Assembly (NCBI GenBank): GCA_910588145.1
Contig: CAJUPO010000002.1
Location: forward strand, 32,871 to 96,870
From: an uncultured Oscillospiraceae bacterium
GTDB taxonomy: Bacteria; Bacillota; Clostridia; Oscillospirales; Ruminococcaceae
Direction: 5' to 3'
Length of the DNA: 64,000 nt
The position numbers and the translations under genes were made by a program. The notes beneath the pieces were generated by a model. It had not been told where the DNA came from. It saw only the letters and a program-made list of their open reading frames with translations, and did no database searches. Of the stretch, positions 43,218-54,321 are shown piece by piece. Within the stretch, counting starts at the first letter, position 1. Each line of letters opens with the position of its first letter.

Positions 43218-44165
43218 ATGATCAATATAACAGACAGCGGTGAAATTATGAATAGTAAAAGCGCTGTTGCTCTGGGGATTTTTGACGGCGTCCATAACGG
43301 GCATAGAGAAATTATTTCCGCTGCCCTTGAATATAAGAAAAGTAATTTAAGTCCGGTGGTTTTTACTTTTAATGTTGAATCAATAGAAATAAAACACGGA
43401 CGCAGATATGAATATATATATGACGACAGGCAAAAGCATGAGATTCTTGATTCTCTGGGGGTGGAGTATATTTTTTCACCCGATGCGGGAACGCTGAAAG
43501 ATATGAGCGGAGAAGAGTTTTCCGAAAAGATTCTTGCCAAAAGGCTCAATGCCGGAGCAGTGATATGCGGAGAAAATTTCAGGTTCGGAAAAAATGCTGA
43601 ATGCGGGGCTCACGAGCTTAAGCGATTCGGAGAAAAATACGGATTTGAAGTTAAGGTAGTAGAACTGCTTAAAATGGACGGTAAGATTATTTCCTCAGAA
43701 GCGGTAAGAAATATGCTTATTGAGGGGAAAATTACGGAACTTAGAGAATGCTGGGGAATCACATATTTCATAGATTCAGTTGTCAGAGAGGGAAACAGAA
43801 TCGGCAGTACGGTTTTAAGTTTTCCTACAGTGAATCAGCATTTCAGTGAAAATCAGCTTGTACCCCGAAAGGGAGTTTATTGCTCTGTCACTGAAATCTG
43901 CGGAGAGGAATACCCCTCAGTTACCAATGTGGGATACAGACCTACGGTAGCAGACGGGGCAGCCCCTTTGGCTGAAACACATATACTTGATTACAGCGGA
44001 GATCTTTACGGAAAAAGAGTAAAGGTCACGTTACTATATTTTGTAAGAGATGAAATGAAGTTTTCATCTCTTGATGATTTGAAAAAACAGATTGACGCAG
44101 ATATTGCAGCCGTTCGCATGAATGCAGCTAAGGAAAATGTGCGTCAGGCGGCAGGAAAGGATTGA
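43218..44165 (+). CDS. ribF: Bifunctional riboflavin kinase/FAD synthetase
   Basis: [34 protein letters not shown]. Confidence 0.94.
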   Translation: MINITDSGEIMNSKSAVALGIFDGVHNGHREIISAALEYKKSNLSPVVFTFNVESIEIKHGRRYEYIYDDRQKHEILDSLGVEYIFSPDAGTLKDMSGEEFSEKILAKRLNAGAVICGENFRFGKNAECGAHELKRFGEKYGFEVKVVELLKMDGKIISSEAVRNMLIEGKITELRECWGITYFIDSVVREGNRIGSTVLSFPTVNQHFSENQLVPRKGVYCSVTEICGEEYPSVTNVGYRPTVADGAAPLAETHILDYSGDLYGKRVKVTLLYFVRDEMKFSSLDDLKKQIDADIAAVRMNAAKENVRQAAGKD

Positions 44166-44173
44166 TATTTAAG

Positions 44174-45625
44174 ATGTCAGGAAAAGTCAGAACAAGATTT
44201 GCTCCCAGTCCAACGGGATATATGCATATAGGAAATCTCAGAACAGCTCTTTACACATATCTTATTGCTAAGAAAAACGGCGGTGATTTTATTCTCAGAA
44301 TTGAGGATACCGACAGAGAAAGATATGTAGAAGGCGCAGTTGAAGTTATTTATAATACCTTAAGACAAGCCGGTCTTAAATGGGACGAGGGTCCGGATAT
44401 AGGCGGAGATTACGGTCCGTATGTTCAGTCTGAAAGAATGGGAATGTTTAAGGAATATGCACTGAAGCTTGTTGAAAACGGAAATGCATATTACTGTTTC
44501 TGTGACAAGGACAGACTCGACGAGGTTAGAAAAATTCAGGAAGCGTCACATATTCCTCCAATGTATGACAGACACTGCCGTGATCTTTCAAAGGAAGAGG
44601 TTGAAGAAAAGCTTGCGGCCGGTATTCCTTATGTTATAAGACAGAAAATGCCTCTTGAGGGAACAACAACTTTTCATGATGAAATTTACGGCGATATTAC
44701 CGTTGAAAATTCAACTCTGGACGACCAGATTCTAATTAAAACAGACGGTATGCCTACTTATAATTTTGCAAATGTAGTAGATGACCACACAATGGGAATC
44801 ACTCATGTGGTAAGAGGAAACGAGTATCTTTCATCTGCTCCTAAATACAATCTGCTGTATGAGGCATTTGGCTGGGAGGTTCCGGTATATATACACTGCG
44901 CTCCTGTAATGAAGGATCATACAACAAAGCTTTCCAAGAGAAACGGCGACGCTTCATTTGAAGATATTGTTGCAAAGGGATATTTGCCTGAGGCGGTGGT
45001 TAATTTTATCGCTCTGCTCGGCTGGGCTCCAAAGGGCGAGGAAGAAATTTTTAATCTTGATGAGCTTGCGGAAAACTTTGATCTAAGCGGAATCTCTAAA
45101 TCTCCTGCTATTTTTGATCCTGTAAAGCTTAAGGCTGTTAATGCTGCCCATATAAAGAAGCTTTCACCGGAAAAATTCCTCGAATTGGCGCTTCCTTATA
45201 TAAAACAGTCGGTGAAAAGGGAAGATGTAGACTTGAATTTGCTGGCGGCAATGATCCAGTCAAGAACAGAGCTTTTTACAGATATTCCTGAAATGATTGA
45301 TTTTATTGACGTTCTTCCGGAATACGATACAGCTATGTACTGTCATAAAAAAATGAAGACTAATGAGGAAACTTCACTTGAAGCTCTCAAGGCCGTTCTT
45401 CCGGTGCTTGAAGCCCTTGATGTGTGGACGGAGGAAGCTGTCCATAAGGCTCTGTTTGACCTTATAGCTAAACTTGAAGTGAAGAACGGATGGCTTTTGT
45501 GGCCGGTAAGAACGGCTGTTTCCGGCAAACAGTTTACACCGGGCGGCGGCGTAGAGCTTTGTCATTTGCTGGGTAAGGAAGAAACTCTTTCACGAATCCG
45601 CAGAGGTATAGAAAAGCTTTCATAA
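44174..45625 (+). CDS. gltX: Glutamate--tRNA ligase
   Basis: [18 protein letters not shown]. Confidence 0.97.
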   Translation: MSGKVRTRFAPSPTGYMHIGNLRTALYTYLIAKKNGGDFILRIEDTDRERYVEGAVEVIYNTLRQAGLKWDEGPDIGGDYGPYVQSERMGMFKEYALKLVENGNAYYCFCDKDRLDEVRKIQEASHIPPMYDRHCRDLSKEEVEEKLAAGIPYVIRQKMPLEGTTTFHDEIYGDITVENSTLDDQILIKTDGMPTYNFANVVDDHTMGITHVVRGNEYLSSAPKYNLLYEAFGWEVPVYIHCAPVMKDHTTKLSKRNGDASFEDIVAKGYLPEAVVNFIALLGWAPKGEEEIFNLDELAENFDLSGISKSPAIFDPVKLKAVNAAHIKKLSPEKFLELALPYIKQSVKREDVDLNLLAAMIQSRTELFTDIPEMIDFIDVLPEYDTAMYCHKKMKTNEETSLEALKAVLPVLEALDVWTEEAVHKALFDLIAKLEVKNGWLLWPVRTAVSGKQFTPGGGVELCHLLGKEETLSRIRRGIEKLS

Positions 45626-45704
45626 GGCTTTCATTTAATTTTCACATTATTCTGATATAATTACTTTAAAAAAAGTTTACCTGAAATAAGGAGGTAACAG
45701 TTTA

Positions 45705-46694
45705 ATGATAGAGGTAAAAAATCTTACAAAGTATTACGGCGACAAGCTTGCTGTAAACGATATAAGCTTTACCGTAAATGACGGGGAAATACTCGGATTT
45801 CTCGGTTCAAACGGCGCCGGAAAATCAACCACAATGAATATGATCACCGGATATATTTCTTCGACTTCGGGAAGTATCCTTGTAAACGGAATCGATGTAC
45901 TTGATGAGCCGATAAAGGCAAAAGCTCAAATAGGTTATCTTCCTGAATTGCCGCCCCTTTATCTGGATATGACGGTTAAGTCTTATCTTAATTTTATGTA
46001 TGACCTTAAAAAATGCAAGCTTCCGAGAAAAACTCATCTTTCAAGTATCTGCGATCTCTGCAAAATTACAGATGTGAAGAACAGAGTAATAAAACATCTT
46101 TCAAAGGGTTATAAACAGCGTGTGGGACTTGCACAGGCGCTTATCGGCAATCCCCCCGTGCTTATTCTGGATGAGCCTACTGTAGGTCTTGATCCGAATC
46201 AGATTATTGAAATAAAAAATCTTATAAAGAATCTGGGAAGAAACCATACGGTTATTCTATCCTCCCATATATTGTCGGAAATTCAGGCGGTATGCGACAG
46301 AATCATTATTATTGATAAGGGCAGAGTTGCCGCAGATGATACCACGTTTAATCTATCAAAGAAAATATCTGACGACCACCGTCTTGTGGTGAGAATTGAA
46401 GGCAGCAAGGACGAGGTTATGTATGAACTCAGAAAAATTGACGGTATTAAGTATGTCCGAGCTGAGATTGAGCGTGAACCGGGCGTCTTTGAATATGAAA
46501 TGGAAGCTATGGACGGAACCGATCTGCGCCGTGAAGTTAATGCAGTAACTCAGAAAAACGGCTGGGTGATACTGCTTATGCAGTCCAAGGAGCTTACTCT
46601 TGAGGATATATTCTTTAAGATAACTATGGGAGAGGTTTTCTCTGAAAAGCTTTCAAAACCGTCAGAAAAGAAAAATAATGGAGGAAATGAATAA
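45705..46694 (+). CDS. ABC transporter ATP-binding protein (GldA-like)
   Basis: GSNGAGKST, LSKGYKQR, ILDEPT; C-terminal extension. Confidence 0.92.
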   Translation: MIEVKNLTKYYGDKLAVNDISFTVNDGEILGFLGSNGAGKSTTMNMITGYISSTSGSILVNGIDVLDEPIKAKAQIGYLPELPPLYLDMTVKSYLNFMYDLKKCKLPRKTHLSSICDLCKITDVKNRVIKHLSKGYKQRVGLAQALIGNPPVLILDEPTVGLDPNQIIEIKNLIKNLGRNHTVILSSHILSEIQAVCDRIIIIDKGRVAADDTTFNLSKKISDDHRLVVRIEGSKDEVMYELRKIDGIKYVRAEIEREPGVFEYEMEAMDGTDLRREVNAVTQKNGWVILLMQSKELTLEDIFFKITMGEVFSEKLSKPSEKKNNGGNE

Positions 46695-47398
46695 TGGGCG
46701 CAATATTCAGACGTGAGATCAGTTCATTTTTTACATCAAGTATCGCTTATGTTTTTCTTGCTGTATTCTATGCATTATCAGGTTATTTCTTCTATGGAAC
46801 TACTATTTACAACGGAATTACAGATATGTCGGGTATGTTCTCCAATATGTTCATGGTAATAGTAATTCTTATTCCTATACTTACGATGAAATCATTCAGC
46901 GAGGAGAAAAAGCAGAAAACTGAACAGGGACTTCTTACTGCTCCGGTAAGTCTGGGCGGAATCGTTCTGGGCAAGTATTTTGCAACAGTTGTAATGTACA
47001 TAATGGGAATCAGTATCGTGTTTGTCTATGGACTTATTTTAAGCTGCTTCGGTGAAGTCCAGTGGAACTCTGTATTAGCAAATTATGCAGCTCTTCTTCT
47101 TCTTGGCAGTGCGTTTATTGCCGCGGGAATCTTAGTGTCTTCACTGACGGAAAACCAGGTTGTGTCCGCAGTGGGATCGTTCATAGTAATTATGCTTCTT
47201 TATCTGATAGATGCGGCGGCTTCCTTTATAAATATTGATTTTATATCCAATATATTAAGGTCTCTGTCTTTCTACACAAGGTATTATGAATTTACCTGCG
47301 GATTATTTAATCTTTCCAGTGTAATATTTTATATAAGTGCCGCAGTTATTTTCAACTTCCTGACTATCAGGATTTTTGAAAAAAGACGCTGGAGCTAA
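46694..47398 (+). CDS. ABC-2 permease (GldF-like)
   Basis: PILTMKSFSEEKKQKTEQGLLTAP, SSLTENQVV, EKRRWS. Confidence 0.88.
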   Translation: MGAIFRREISSFFTSSIAYVFLAVFYALSGYFFYGTTIYNGITDMSGMFSNMFMVIVILIPILTMKSFSEEKKQKTEQGLLTAPVSLGGIVLGKYFATVVMYIMGISIVFVYGLILSCFGEVQWNSVLANYAALLLLGSAFIAAGILVSSLTENQVVSAVGSFIVIMLLYLIDAAASFINIDFISNILRSLSFYTRYYEFTCGLFNLSSVIFYISAAVIFNFLTIRIFEKRRWS

Positions 47399-47410
47399 GG
47401 AGGGATAAGT

Positions 47411-49060
47411 ATGAGCAGAGAAACAGAAGGCGCAGTGAAGAATAATAAGTTTTCACTGTATAAAAAGAAGCTTAAGTACGGCAGTATTGCTACTGTCATT
47501 ACTGTAGTATTTATAGTTTTTGTAATAGTTATAAATCTTATTGCAGGAATCCTGACCGACAGAAAGAATCTCAAGCTTGACCTTACAAAGGAAAAGTATT
47601 ATGAAGTTTCCGATAAAACAACAGATTATCTTAAAACAATAGATCAGGATGTTGAAATTGCTTTAATGGGCAAAAAGGCTGACTATGAAACAAGTACGGC
47701 TTATGCAAAAATGATAGTCGAGATTCTTGAAAGATATAAACAAAGCTCAGAGCATATTTCTGTTGAATTTTATGATATAGCGTCAAATCCGGATGTTGTA
47801 TCAAAATATTCTCAGAACTATAACGGTTCAATTCAAGAAGGAAATATTGTTGTTTCCTCCGGGGACAGAGTTAAAGTTATGTCTATAAATGATCTTTTCA
47901 CATTTGAACAGTCAGCATACGGCAGCAGCAGTATTAAAGGTTTTAACGGAGAACAGCTTCTAACTTCAGCAGTTATGAGCGTTACTGACGCTAATCCGAA
48001 AAAGGCTGCGTTTATAGCAGGCTATAACGGCAGCAGTATTTATAGTCCGTATGTTACTTATGCTATTTCATCGTTTTATTCAATGATGGAGAAAAACGGC
48101 TATGAAATAAATATGATTGATATATTTTCAGATGAGCTTAATCCGGAGGATTATGATATTGTAGTGCTTCCTGCACCCGTATCTGACATATCAGAGGATT
48201 GCATAAAGAAGCTTGAAGATTTTCTTTATAACGGCGGAAGTCTTGATAAGGATATGATTTATATTGCCGATGTTTATCAGTATCGTACCCCGAATATAGA
48301 TGAATTTCTTGAAGTATGGGGAATTGAAATCGGCGATGGTTGGGTTTATGAAACAGATGAGAGTCTTACTCAAAACGCCCAGATTGTAGTCGGAAGTAAA
48401 ACTCTTCAAATGCCGTCTGCAATTGCTTCTATTGCAGATGAAAAGTACAGCGAAAGTCTTTCAAATACTAAACTGCCGATTGTCGCACCTCGGGCAAGGT
48501 CTATAAATCTTCTCTTTGACGCTAATGTAGACCGAACAACGTCTGCACTGCTAAAAACTTCTGATTCCACTTGCCTTTATCCGATCACAATGATGGACGC
48601 ACCTGAAAAAGATGAAAACCTTATTGAATTTGGAACAGATGCAAATCAGGAAACTACAGAAGCAGAAACCGAAGCTTCAACAGAAGCTCCGACAGAATTT
48701 GATCCTGATTCAGCCGAAAAAGGTTCTCATGTAGTTATGGCGCTTGCCTCTAAAACAAGCATGGATGAAAACAATCAGCAGCATGTCAATAATGTTCTTG
48801 TAATCGGCGGAAGTGCAATTACTGATAGTATGATTGTTTCATCTGACTTGTATAATAATGCTGAGTTTGTTATTAATTCTGTAAATCAGATGTGCGGTAA
48901 GGAAAATGGAATTATAATTGCTGAAAAGAATGTTTCTGTTGATTATATGGACATAAAAGCTTCTCAGGCACGTGTGATAAACAGAGTTATAATGTTTGTT
49001 ATACCTCTTAGTGTCTGCGTTGCCGGAGTAATCGTATTTATTAGGAGAAAGAATCGATGA
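47411..49060 (+). CDS. GldG-family ABC auxiliary membrane protein
   Basis: N-terminal TM, DLTKEKYYEVS, GEQLLTSA, C-terminal TM plus RRK. Confidence 0.82.
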   Translation: MSRETEGAVKNNKFSLYKKKLKYGSIATVITVVFIVFVIVINLIAGILTDRKNLKLDLTKEKYYEVSDKTTDYLKTIDQDVEIALMGKKADYETSTAYAKMIVEILERYKQSSEHISVEFYDIASNPDVVSKYSQNYNGSIQEGNIVVSSGDRVKVMSINDLFTFEQSAYGSSSIKGFNGEQLLTSAVMSVTDANPKKAAFIAGYNGSSIYSPYVTYAISSFYSMMEKNGYEINMIDIFSDELNPEDYDIVVLPAPVSDISEDCIKKLEDFLYNGGSLDKDMIYIADVYQYRTPNIDEFLEVWGIEIGDGWVYETDESLTQNAQIVVGSKTLQMPSAIASIADEKYSESLSNTKLPIVAPRARSINLLFDANVDRTTSALLKTSDSTCLYPITMMDAPEKDENLIEFGTDANQETTEAETEASTEAPTEFDPDSAEKGSHVVMALASKTSMDENNQQHVNNVLVIGGSAITDSMIVSSDLYNNAEFVINSVNQMCGKENGIIIAEKNVSVDYMDIKASQARVINRVIMFVIPLSVCVAGVIVFIRRKNR

Positions 49061-50520
49061 AAAAGAATGTTAAAGCGCTTCTTGCCTGTTTTGCGGCTCT
49101 TGCCGTAGCAGGAGGCGGTTATGCTGCTTTGAAGCTTACTGAAGAGGATTCCTCTTCAGGCGGAGCTTCCTCCTCAGCTTCGGATAAATTGACATCAGAA
49201 ATTCATGTGCCGCTTACTGCCTTTGAGGCGGCTGACGTAACACTTATTTCCATTGAAAATGAAAACGGAAGCTATGAGGCTGTGCCTGTAGGAAGTCCTG
49301 CTGAGGACGGTACTGTCGAAATGACTATCAAGGGCTTTGAAAAGCTTGACGTAAATAAAAATCTTACTTCATCAATTTTAAACAGTGCAAAAGCTCTCTC
49401 GTCAGAAACAACTGTTGAGGAGAATGCATCCGATCTTGATAAGTACGGCTTGAAAGAGCCTCGTGCAAGCTTTACCGTATCATCGGCAAGTGACAGCAAA
49501 ACTGTATTAATCGGCAATGATTCGCCGGTCAGCGGTGAAACATACTGCATGGCAGAGGGTGACAGTACAGTTTATACTGCGGCGACTGCAAACCTGAGTG
49601 TTTTTCTGAATGATGATACAGATTATATTTCCAATGTTATTTTGGAAAATCCCGCAGATGACCAGAAACCGATTATGAATAAACTGACAATAGCAAGAAA
49701 TGACCTTGATTATGATATTGTCATTGAATACGATAAGTCAACTGACGACGGAACAACCAGCGGTACTATGGCTACCCACTTTATGACGGCGCCTATATTT
49801 GCATATCTTGACCCTGAAAAATCACAGGACGAGGTTGCAGGCTTGTTCGGACTTACAGCAAGCTCTGTAATTGCCGCATATCCTGATGAAGCGGAAATTA
49901 AGGGCTCAGGACTTGACAAGCCGTTTTGTACAGTAAAAATGGATTGCGGTGATAACAGCAGTTATGAACTCAAGCTTGGCAATAAGCTTGATACAGAAAA
50001 CGGAGTTTATTATGCGGCTATGTTTACCGATAAGGATATAATATACGCAATAGACGCTGAGAGTATTTGCTGGGACGATGTTGTGCCCGATGATATTATT
50101 TCAAGAATGGTATTCGGTACATATGTATGGGATATAGGCAAGCTTGAAATTGAAGCTGAAGGCAAGACAGTTAAATTTGCCGGAAAGGGCAGTTCCAAAG
50201 ACGATTATGAGGTGACTAAGGACGGTCAAAAGTGTGATCGTGAAAGATTCCAGAGTTTTTATTCGTTCCTGCTGAAAACGTCAGCGGAGGAATTTTCAAT
50301 TGATGAAGTTCCACAGGGAGAACCGCAGGCAGCAGTATATCTGGAAACTCAAAACGGCGAAACAAAACAAACAGTGGAATTTTATAAGGCAGACGGTAAA
50401 AAGTCCCTTATATGTGTAAACGGAACGCCGTCATTTAAGTGTAGGACAGCATTTGTTGATTTGCTTATAGAGAATTTATCAAAGTTTGACAGCGGTGAAA
50501 AATTTGTTGTCAACTGGTAA
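49057..50520 (+). CDS. DUF4340-domain membrane-anchored protein
   Basis: Two YGL/SGL-xxP repeats followed by LIG/LGN; last gene of the Gld-like operon. Confidence 0.75.
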   Translation: MKKNVKALLACFAALAVAGGGYAALKLTEEDSSSGGASSSASDKLTSEIHVPLTAFEAADVTLISIENENGSYEAVPVGSPAEDGTVEMTIKGFEKLDVNKNLTSSILNSAKALSSETTVEENASDLDKYGLKEPRASFTVSSASDSKTVLIGNDSPVSGETYCMAEGDSTVYTAATANLSVFLNDDTDYISNVILENPADDQKPIMNKLTIARNDLDYDIVIEYDKSTDDGTTSGTMATHFMTAPIFAYLDPEKSQDEVAGLFGLTASSVIAAYPDEAEIKGSGLDKPFCTVKMDCGDNSSYELKLGNKLDTENGVYYAAMFTDKDIIYAIDAESICWDDVVPDDIISRMVFGTYVWDIGKLEIEAEGKTVKFAGKGSSKDDYEVTKDGQKCDRERFQSFYSFLLKTSAEEFSIDEVPQGEPQAAVYLETQNGETKQTVEFYKADGKKSLICVNGTPSFKCRTAFVDLLIENLSKFDSGEKFVVNW

Positions 50521-50601
50521 TCAGAGCAGATTTCGACTATAAATTTAAAAGAATTATGATATAATGAAAATTATTGACAACTGAGAAAGGGAGGATAAAG
50601 A

Positions 50602-50883
50602 ATGAGTAACAGATTTTTTACATACAAGGGATTTCCTCTTGTAAGACACGAAGATGTAATTTATTACGGCAATATGGCAGATGACTATGTTGTAATGCTT
50701 CAGATTCTTGATAAGACGAGAATAAATAATCTTGATGTAGCGAGTAAGATCAAAATTTATCAAATGTCCACGGACTTTACGCTGAAGCCAAATGAAGCAA
50801 TTAAGAAAACAAGCGAAAAGGAAAGTCTATATGAGGCCCTTGACCTTGCAAATGCATGGCTGAAAATGACAGTTAAAAGCTGA
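50602..50883 (+). CDS. Hypothetical protein
   Basis: Strong SD GGGAGG, own -10 (TGATATAAT) and downstream terminator. Confidence 0.8.
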   Translation: MSNRFFTYKGFPLVRHEDVIYYGNMADDYVVMLQILDKTRINNLDVASKIKIYQMSTDFTLKPNEAIKKTSEKESLYEALDLANAWLKMTVKS

Positions 50884-50886
50884 AAA

Positions 50887-50918
50887 AACGACCCTGTGCC
50901 CGATGCACAGGGTCGTTT
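50887..50918. terminator. Bidirectional terminator
   Basis: AACGACCCTGTGC-ccgat-GCACAGGGTCGTT. Confidence 0.8.
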
Positions 50919-50935
50919 CATATTATCATAAGAGT

Positions 50936-52267
50936 TTATTCTTCAACAGAATTTACAAACATATCATAAATTCTTCGAATTGCTTCATCAAAATCGGATT
51001 CACCTATTCCGATAATTACATTCAGCTCGCTTGAGCCTTGATCAATCATCTTTACGTTTATTCTTGCATGAGCCATAGATGCAAACATTCTTGCAGCAGT
51101 ACCTCTTGTACGTCTCATTCCTCGTCCTACAACTGCAAGGAGAGCGATTCCGCTTTCAAGTTCAATGTGTTCAGGAGCAACAGCCTTCCTGATCTTTGCA
51201 ATAACTTCGTCTTCTCTGCCTTCGATCTGGCTGTAAGGGAAGATAACTGAAAGAGTGTCTATACCGGACGGCATATGTTCAATTGAAATTCCGGACTCTT
51301 CAAGGACAGCAAGTACTCTGCGGCAGAAGCCAAGCTCGCTGTTCATCATAGCTTTTTCAATATTGATGGCAGCAAAGCCTTTTTTTCCGGCGATACCTGT
51401 TATTGTATACTTGTTGCTTTCGTCTTCAGGAACTTCAGAAACTATAAATGTTCCGGCGTCCTCTGGTTTATTTGTATTCTTAATATTTATCGGAATACCC
51501 GCTGTTCTTACAGGGAAAATAGCGTCCTCGTGCAGAACAGTTGCGCCCATATAGGATAGCTCACGAAGCTCCTTGTATGTTATAACGCTGATGGATTTCG
51601 GTGAATCAACAATTCTCGGATCAGCCACAAGGAAGCCGGAAACGTCCGTCCAGTTTTCATAAACGTCAGCCTTTACAGCGCTTGCGATTATAGAGCCTGT
51701 AACATCAGAACCGCCTCTTGAGAATGTTCTTACATTTCCCTTTTCGTCAGCTCCGTAGAAGCCTGGAATTACCGCATGGCTTACACCTTTAAGTCTTTTT
51801 CTGAGCTTAGGCTGAGTTTTTTCGTTGTTAAAGGTTCCGTCCTCGTCGAAAACTATAACAGAGGCAGCGTCGATAAATTCGTATCCGAGAAGCGCCGCTA
51901 TAATAATACCGTTTAAGTATTCGCCTCGGCTTGCGGCATATTCGCTGCCGGCTTTTTCCGTAATATTTTTTCTTATAGTTTCAAGTTCGCTGTCAAGTGA
52001 AAGATCAATTCCGAGGTCTTCGATAATATTGTTGTATCTATGTGCTATAGCGCTGAAGGTTTCATTAATATTTCTGTTTTCCTGAGCCAGGGCGTTGCAC
52101 TTATAAAGCATATCAGTTATCTTTATGTCGTCTGAAAAGCGTTTGCCGGGCGCAGAAGGAACTACGTATCTGCGTCTTTCATCACTTCTGATGATGTCAG
52201 CGGCTTTTTTTATCTGATTAGCGTCGGCAAGACTGCTTCCGCCGAACTTTACAACTTTTATATTCAT
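50936..52267 (-). CDS. lysC: Aspartate kinase with two ACT domains
   Basis: KFGGSSLA, VPSAPG, SRGGSDVTG, WTDVSG. Confidence 0.92.
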   Translation of the reverse strand: MNIKVVKFGGSSLADANQIKKAADIIRSDERRRYVVPSAPGKRFSDDIKITDMLYKCNALAQENRNINETFSAIAHRYNNIIEDLGIDLSLDSELETIRKNITEKAGSEYAASRGEYLNGIIIAALLGYEFIDAASVIVFDEDGTFNNEKTQPKLRKRLKGVSHAVIPGFYGADEKGNVRTFSRGGSDVTGSIIASAVKADVYENWTDVSGFLVADPRIVDSPKSISVITYKELRELSYMGATVLHEDAIFPVRTAGIPINIKNTNKPEDAGTFIVSEVPEDESNKYTITGIAGKKGFAAINIEKAMMNSELGFCRRVLAVLEESGISIEHMPSGIDTLSVIFPYSQIEGREDEVIAKIRKAVAPEHIELESGIALLAVVGRGMRRTRGTAARMFASMAHARINVKMIDQGSSELNVIIGIGESDFDEAIRRIYDMFVNSVEE

Positions 52268-52448
52268 TTAAATAACTCTCCTTTTCCGTCGTAAATTACC
52301 ACATATAATAGTATATGGGATTTTTTTATAAAAATCAATGGGTATAAAATACAAAATAAAAAGGTTTGCAGCGTGTTCTTTTAGTGAATACGCTTGTGTG
52401 CAGCAGGAGGACAGCTTGTAAAAATTTATGAAAAAGCAAATATTCCTA

Positions 52449-52500
52449 TTGACAAGTATAAAGAATTGAGGTATAATGTGTAAAGCTGATAACCTTTACA
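52449..52500 (+). promoter_or_regulatory. Sigma-A promoter of ylxM-ffh with palindromic operator-like site
   Basis: TTGACA-17-TATAAT, then TGTAAAG-N8-CTTTACA. Confidence 0.8.
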
Positions 52501-52517
52501 GGACTGGAGGCTGTACT

Positions 52518-52868
52518 GTGCCAAAAAATCTTGACTTTGCCCTCTTGCTTGAAATATACGGCAGAATGCTGACTGATAAACAGCGTGACGTTATGGAGCT
52601 CTATTACTGGGACGATCTTTCCCTCGGTGAAATATCACAAAATGCGGGAATTACCAGACAGGCAGTCAGGGACAGCATTAAGCGCAGTGAACAGCTGCTT
52701 GAGGATTTTGAAAATAAGCTCGGTCTTGCAGAAAAAATTATAAAATGCCGTGCAAATTGCAGTCTGATCAGCAGATATGCACAATTGATAAAACATGAAA
52801 AACAATATAATATAGAAAATATAGAAAAAATAAATGAACTTGCGTCCGAAACAGGGGATTTATTCTGA
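52518..52868 (+). CDS. ylxM: YlxM family putative DNA-binding protein (GTG start)
   Basis: YGRMLTDKQ, DDLSLGEI, TRQAVRD; upstream of ffh. Confidence 0.92.
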   Translation: MPKNLDFALLLEIYGRMLTDKQRDVMELYYWDDLSLGEISQNAGITRQAVRDSIKRSEQLLEDFENKLGLAEKIIKCRANCSLISRYAQLIKHEKQYNIENIEKINELASETGDLF

Positions 52869-52890
52869 CAAGACTGAAAGGAGAGTGTCT

Positions 52891-54249
52891 ATGGCGTTTG
52901 AGGGACTTTCGGAAAAACTTAATAATGTATTCAAAAAACTCAAATCAAGAGGTAAGCTGACAGAATCCGATATAAAGGAAGCTATGCGTGAGGTAAGGCT
53001 TGCGCTCCTTGAAGCTGACGTAAGCTATAAGGTTGTAAAGGATTTTGTGGCAAAGGTTTCAGAAAAGGCTGTGGGCAATGAAGTTTTGGAAAGCTTAACG
53101 CCCGCTCAGCAGGTTATTAAAATCGTAAGAGACGAGCTTTGCGGGCTTATGGGAAATTCCAATTCCAGAATAAATATGCCTTCCAAGGGACCTTGCATAA
53201 TTATGATGTGCGGACTTCAGGGTTCCGGTAAGACAACACATTCAGCAAAGCTTGCTAAATACTTCAAGAAGGAAGGTCACAGACCGCTTCTTGTGGCTTG
53301 TGATATATATCGTCCGGCTGCTATTAATCAGCTTAAGGTGGTCGGTGAAAAGGCAGATGTAAAGGTCTTTGAAATGGGACAGATAAATCCCGTAGTAATT
53401 GCCAAACAGGCTGTTTCCCACGCTAAAGATTACGGTAATGATATTATAATCCTTGATACTGCGGGACGTCTTCATATAGATACCGAGCTTATGGATGAGC
53501 TTAAGAACATTAAAGAGGCAGTTGGTCCGAGTGAAATAATGCTGGTTGTTGACGCAATGACCGGTCAGGATGCTGTTAATGTTGCCAAGGCTTTTGACGA
53601 CGCTCTGGGAATCGACAGCGTTTTGATGTCAAAGCTCGACTCAGATACACGAGGAGGAGCAGCGCTCTCTGTACTTTCAGTTACCGGCAAGCCAATAAAG
53701 TTTGTTGGAACCGGAGAAAAGCTTGATGAATTCGAGCAGTTTCATCCGGAAAGAATGGCATCAAGAATCCTCGGTATGGGCGATGTTATGACGCTTATTG
53801 AAAAGGCTGAAGATGTAATAAATAAAAAAGAAGCTGAAGAACTTGCAAGAAAGCTTCAGGAAAATAAGTTTGATATGAACGATCTTCTTGAACAAATGCG
53901 GCAGATTCAGAAAATGGGTTCACTTAAATCCATTATTTCCATGATACCGGGAGTCGGCGATAAATTAAAGGATATAGATGTAGACGACAAGCAGTTTGTA
54001 AGGCTTGAAGCTATGATAACTTCAATGACAAAAGCAGAACGTGCAAAGCCGTCGATTATTAATCCTCAGAGAAAGCGCCGAATAGCTGCCGGAAGCGGAA
54101 CTAAGGTTGAAGATATAAACCGGCTGCTCAAGCAGTTTGAACAAATGCAGAAAATGATGAAGCAGCTTGGCGGCGGCAAGGGTATGAAAAACCGAAAAAT
54201 GATGAAACGCTTAGCCGGTATGAATCTTGATAAGATGCCTCCTATGTAG
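52891..54249 (+). CDS. ffh: Signal recognition particle protein
   Basis: GLQGSGKTT, DTAGR, SRILGMGD, Met-rich M domain. Confidence 0.98.
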   Translation: MAFEGLSEKLNNVFKKLKSRGKLTESDIKEAMREVRLALLEADVSYKVVKDFVAKVSEKAVGNEVLESLTPAQQVIKIVRDELCGLMGNSNSRINMPSKGPCIIMMCGLQGSGKTTHSAKLAKYFKKEGHRPLLVACDIYRPAAINQLKVVGEKADVKVFEMGQINPVVIAKQAVSHAKDYGNDIIILDTAGRLHIDTELMDELKNIKEAVGPSEIMLVVDAMTGQDAVNVAKAFDDALGIDSVLMSKLDSDTRGGAALSVLSVTGKPIKFVGTGEKLDEFEQFHPERMASRILGMGDVMTLIEKAEDVINKKEAEELARKLQENKFDMNDLLEQMRQIQKMGSLKSIISMIPGVGDKLKDIDVDDKQFVRLEAMITSMTKAERAKPSIINPQRKRRIAAGSGTKVEDINRLLKQFEQMQKMMKQLGGGKGMKNRKMMKRLAGMNLDKMPPM

Positions 54250-54321
54250 GGTATCTTAACATTAAATTTCAAGCTATCAATAATATTGATTAGATAGAAT
54301 TGATTTTCGGAGGTGAAAGAA

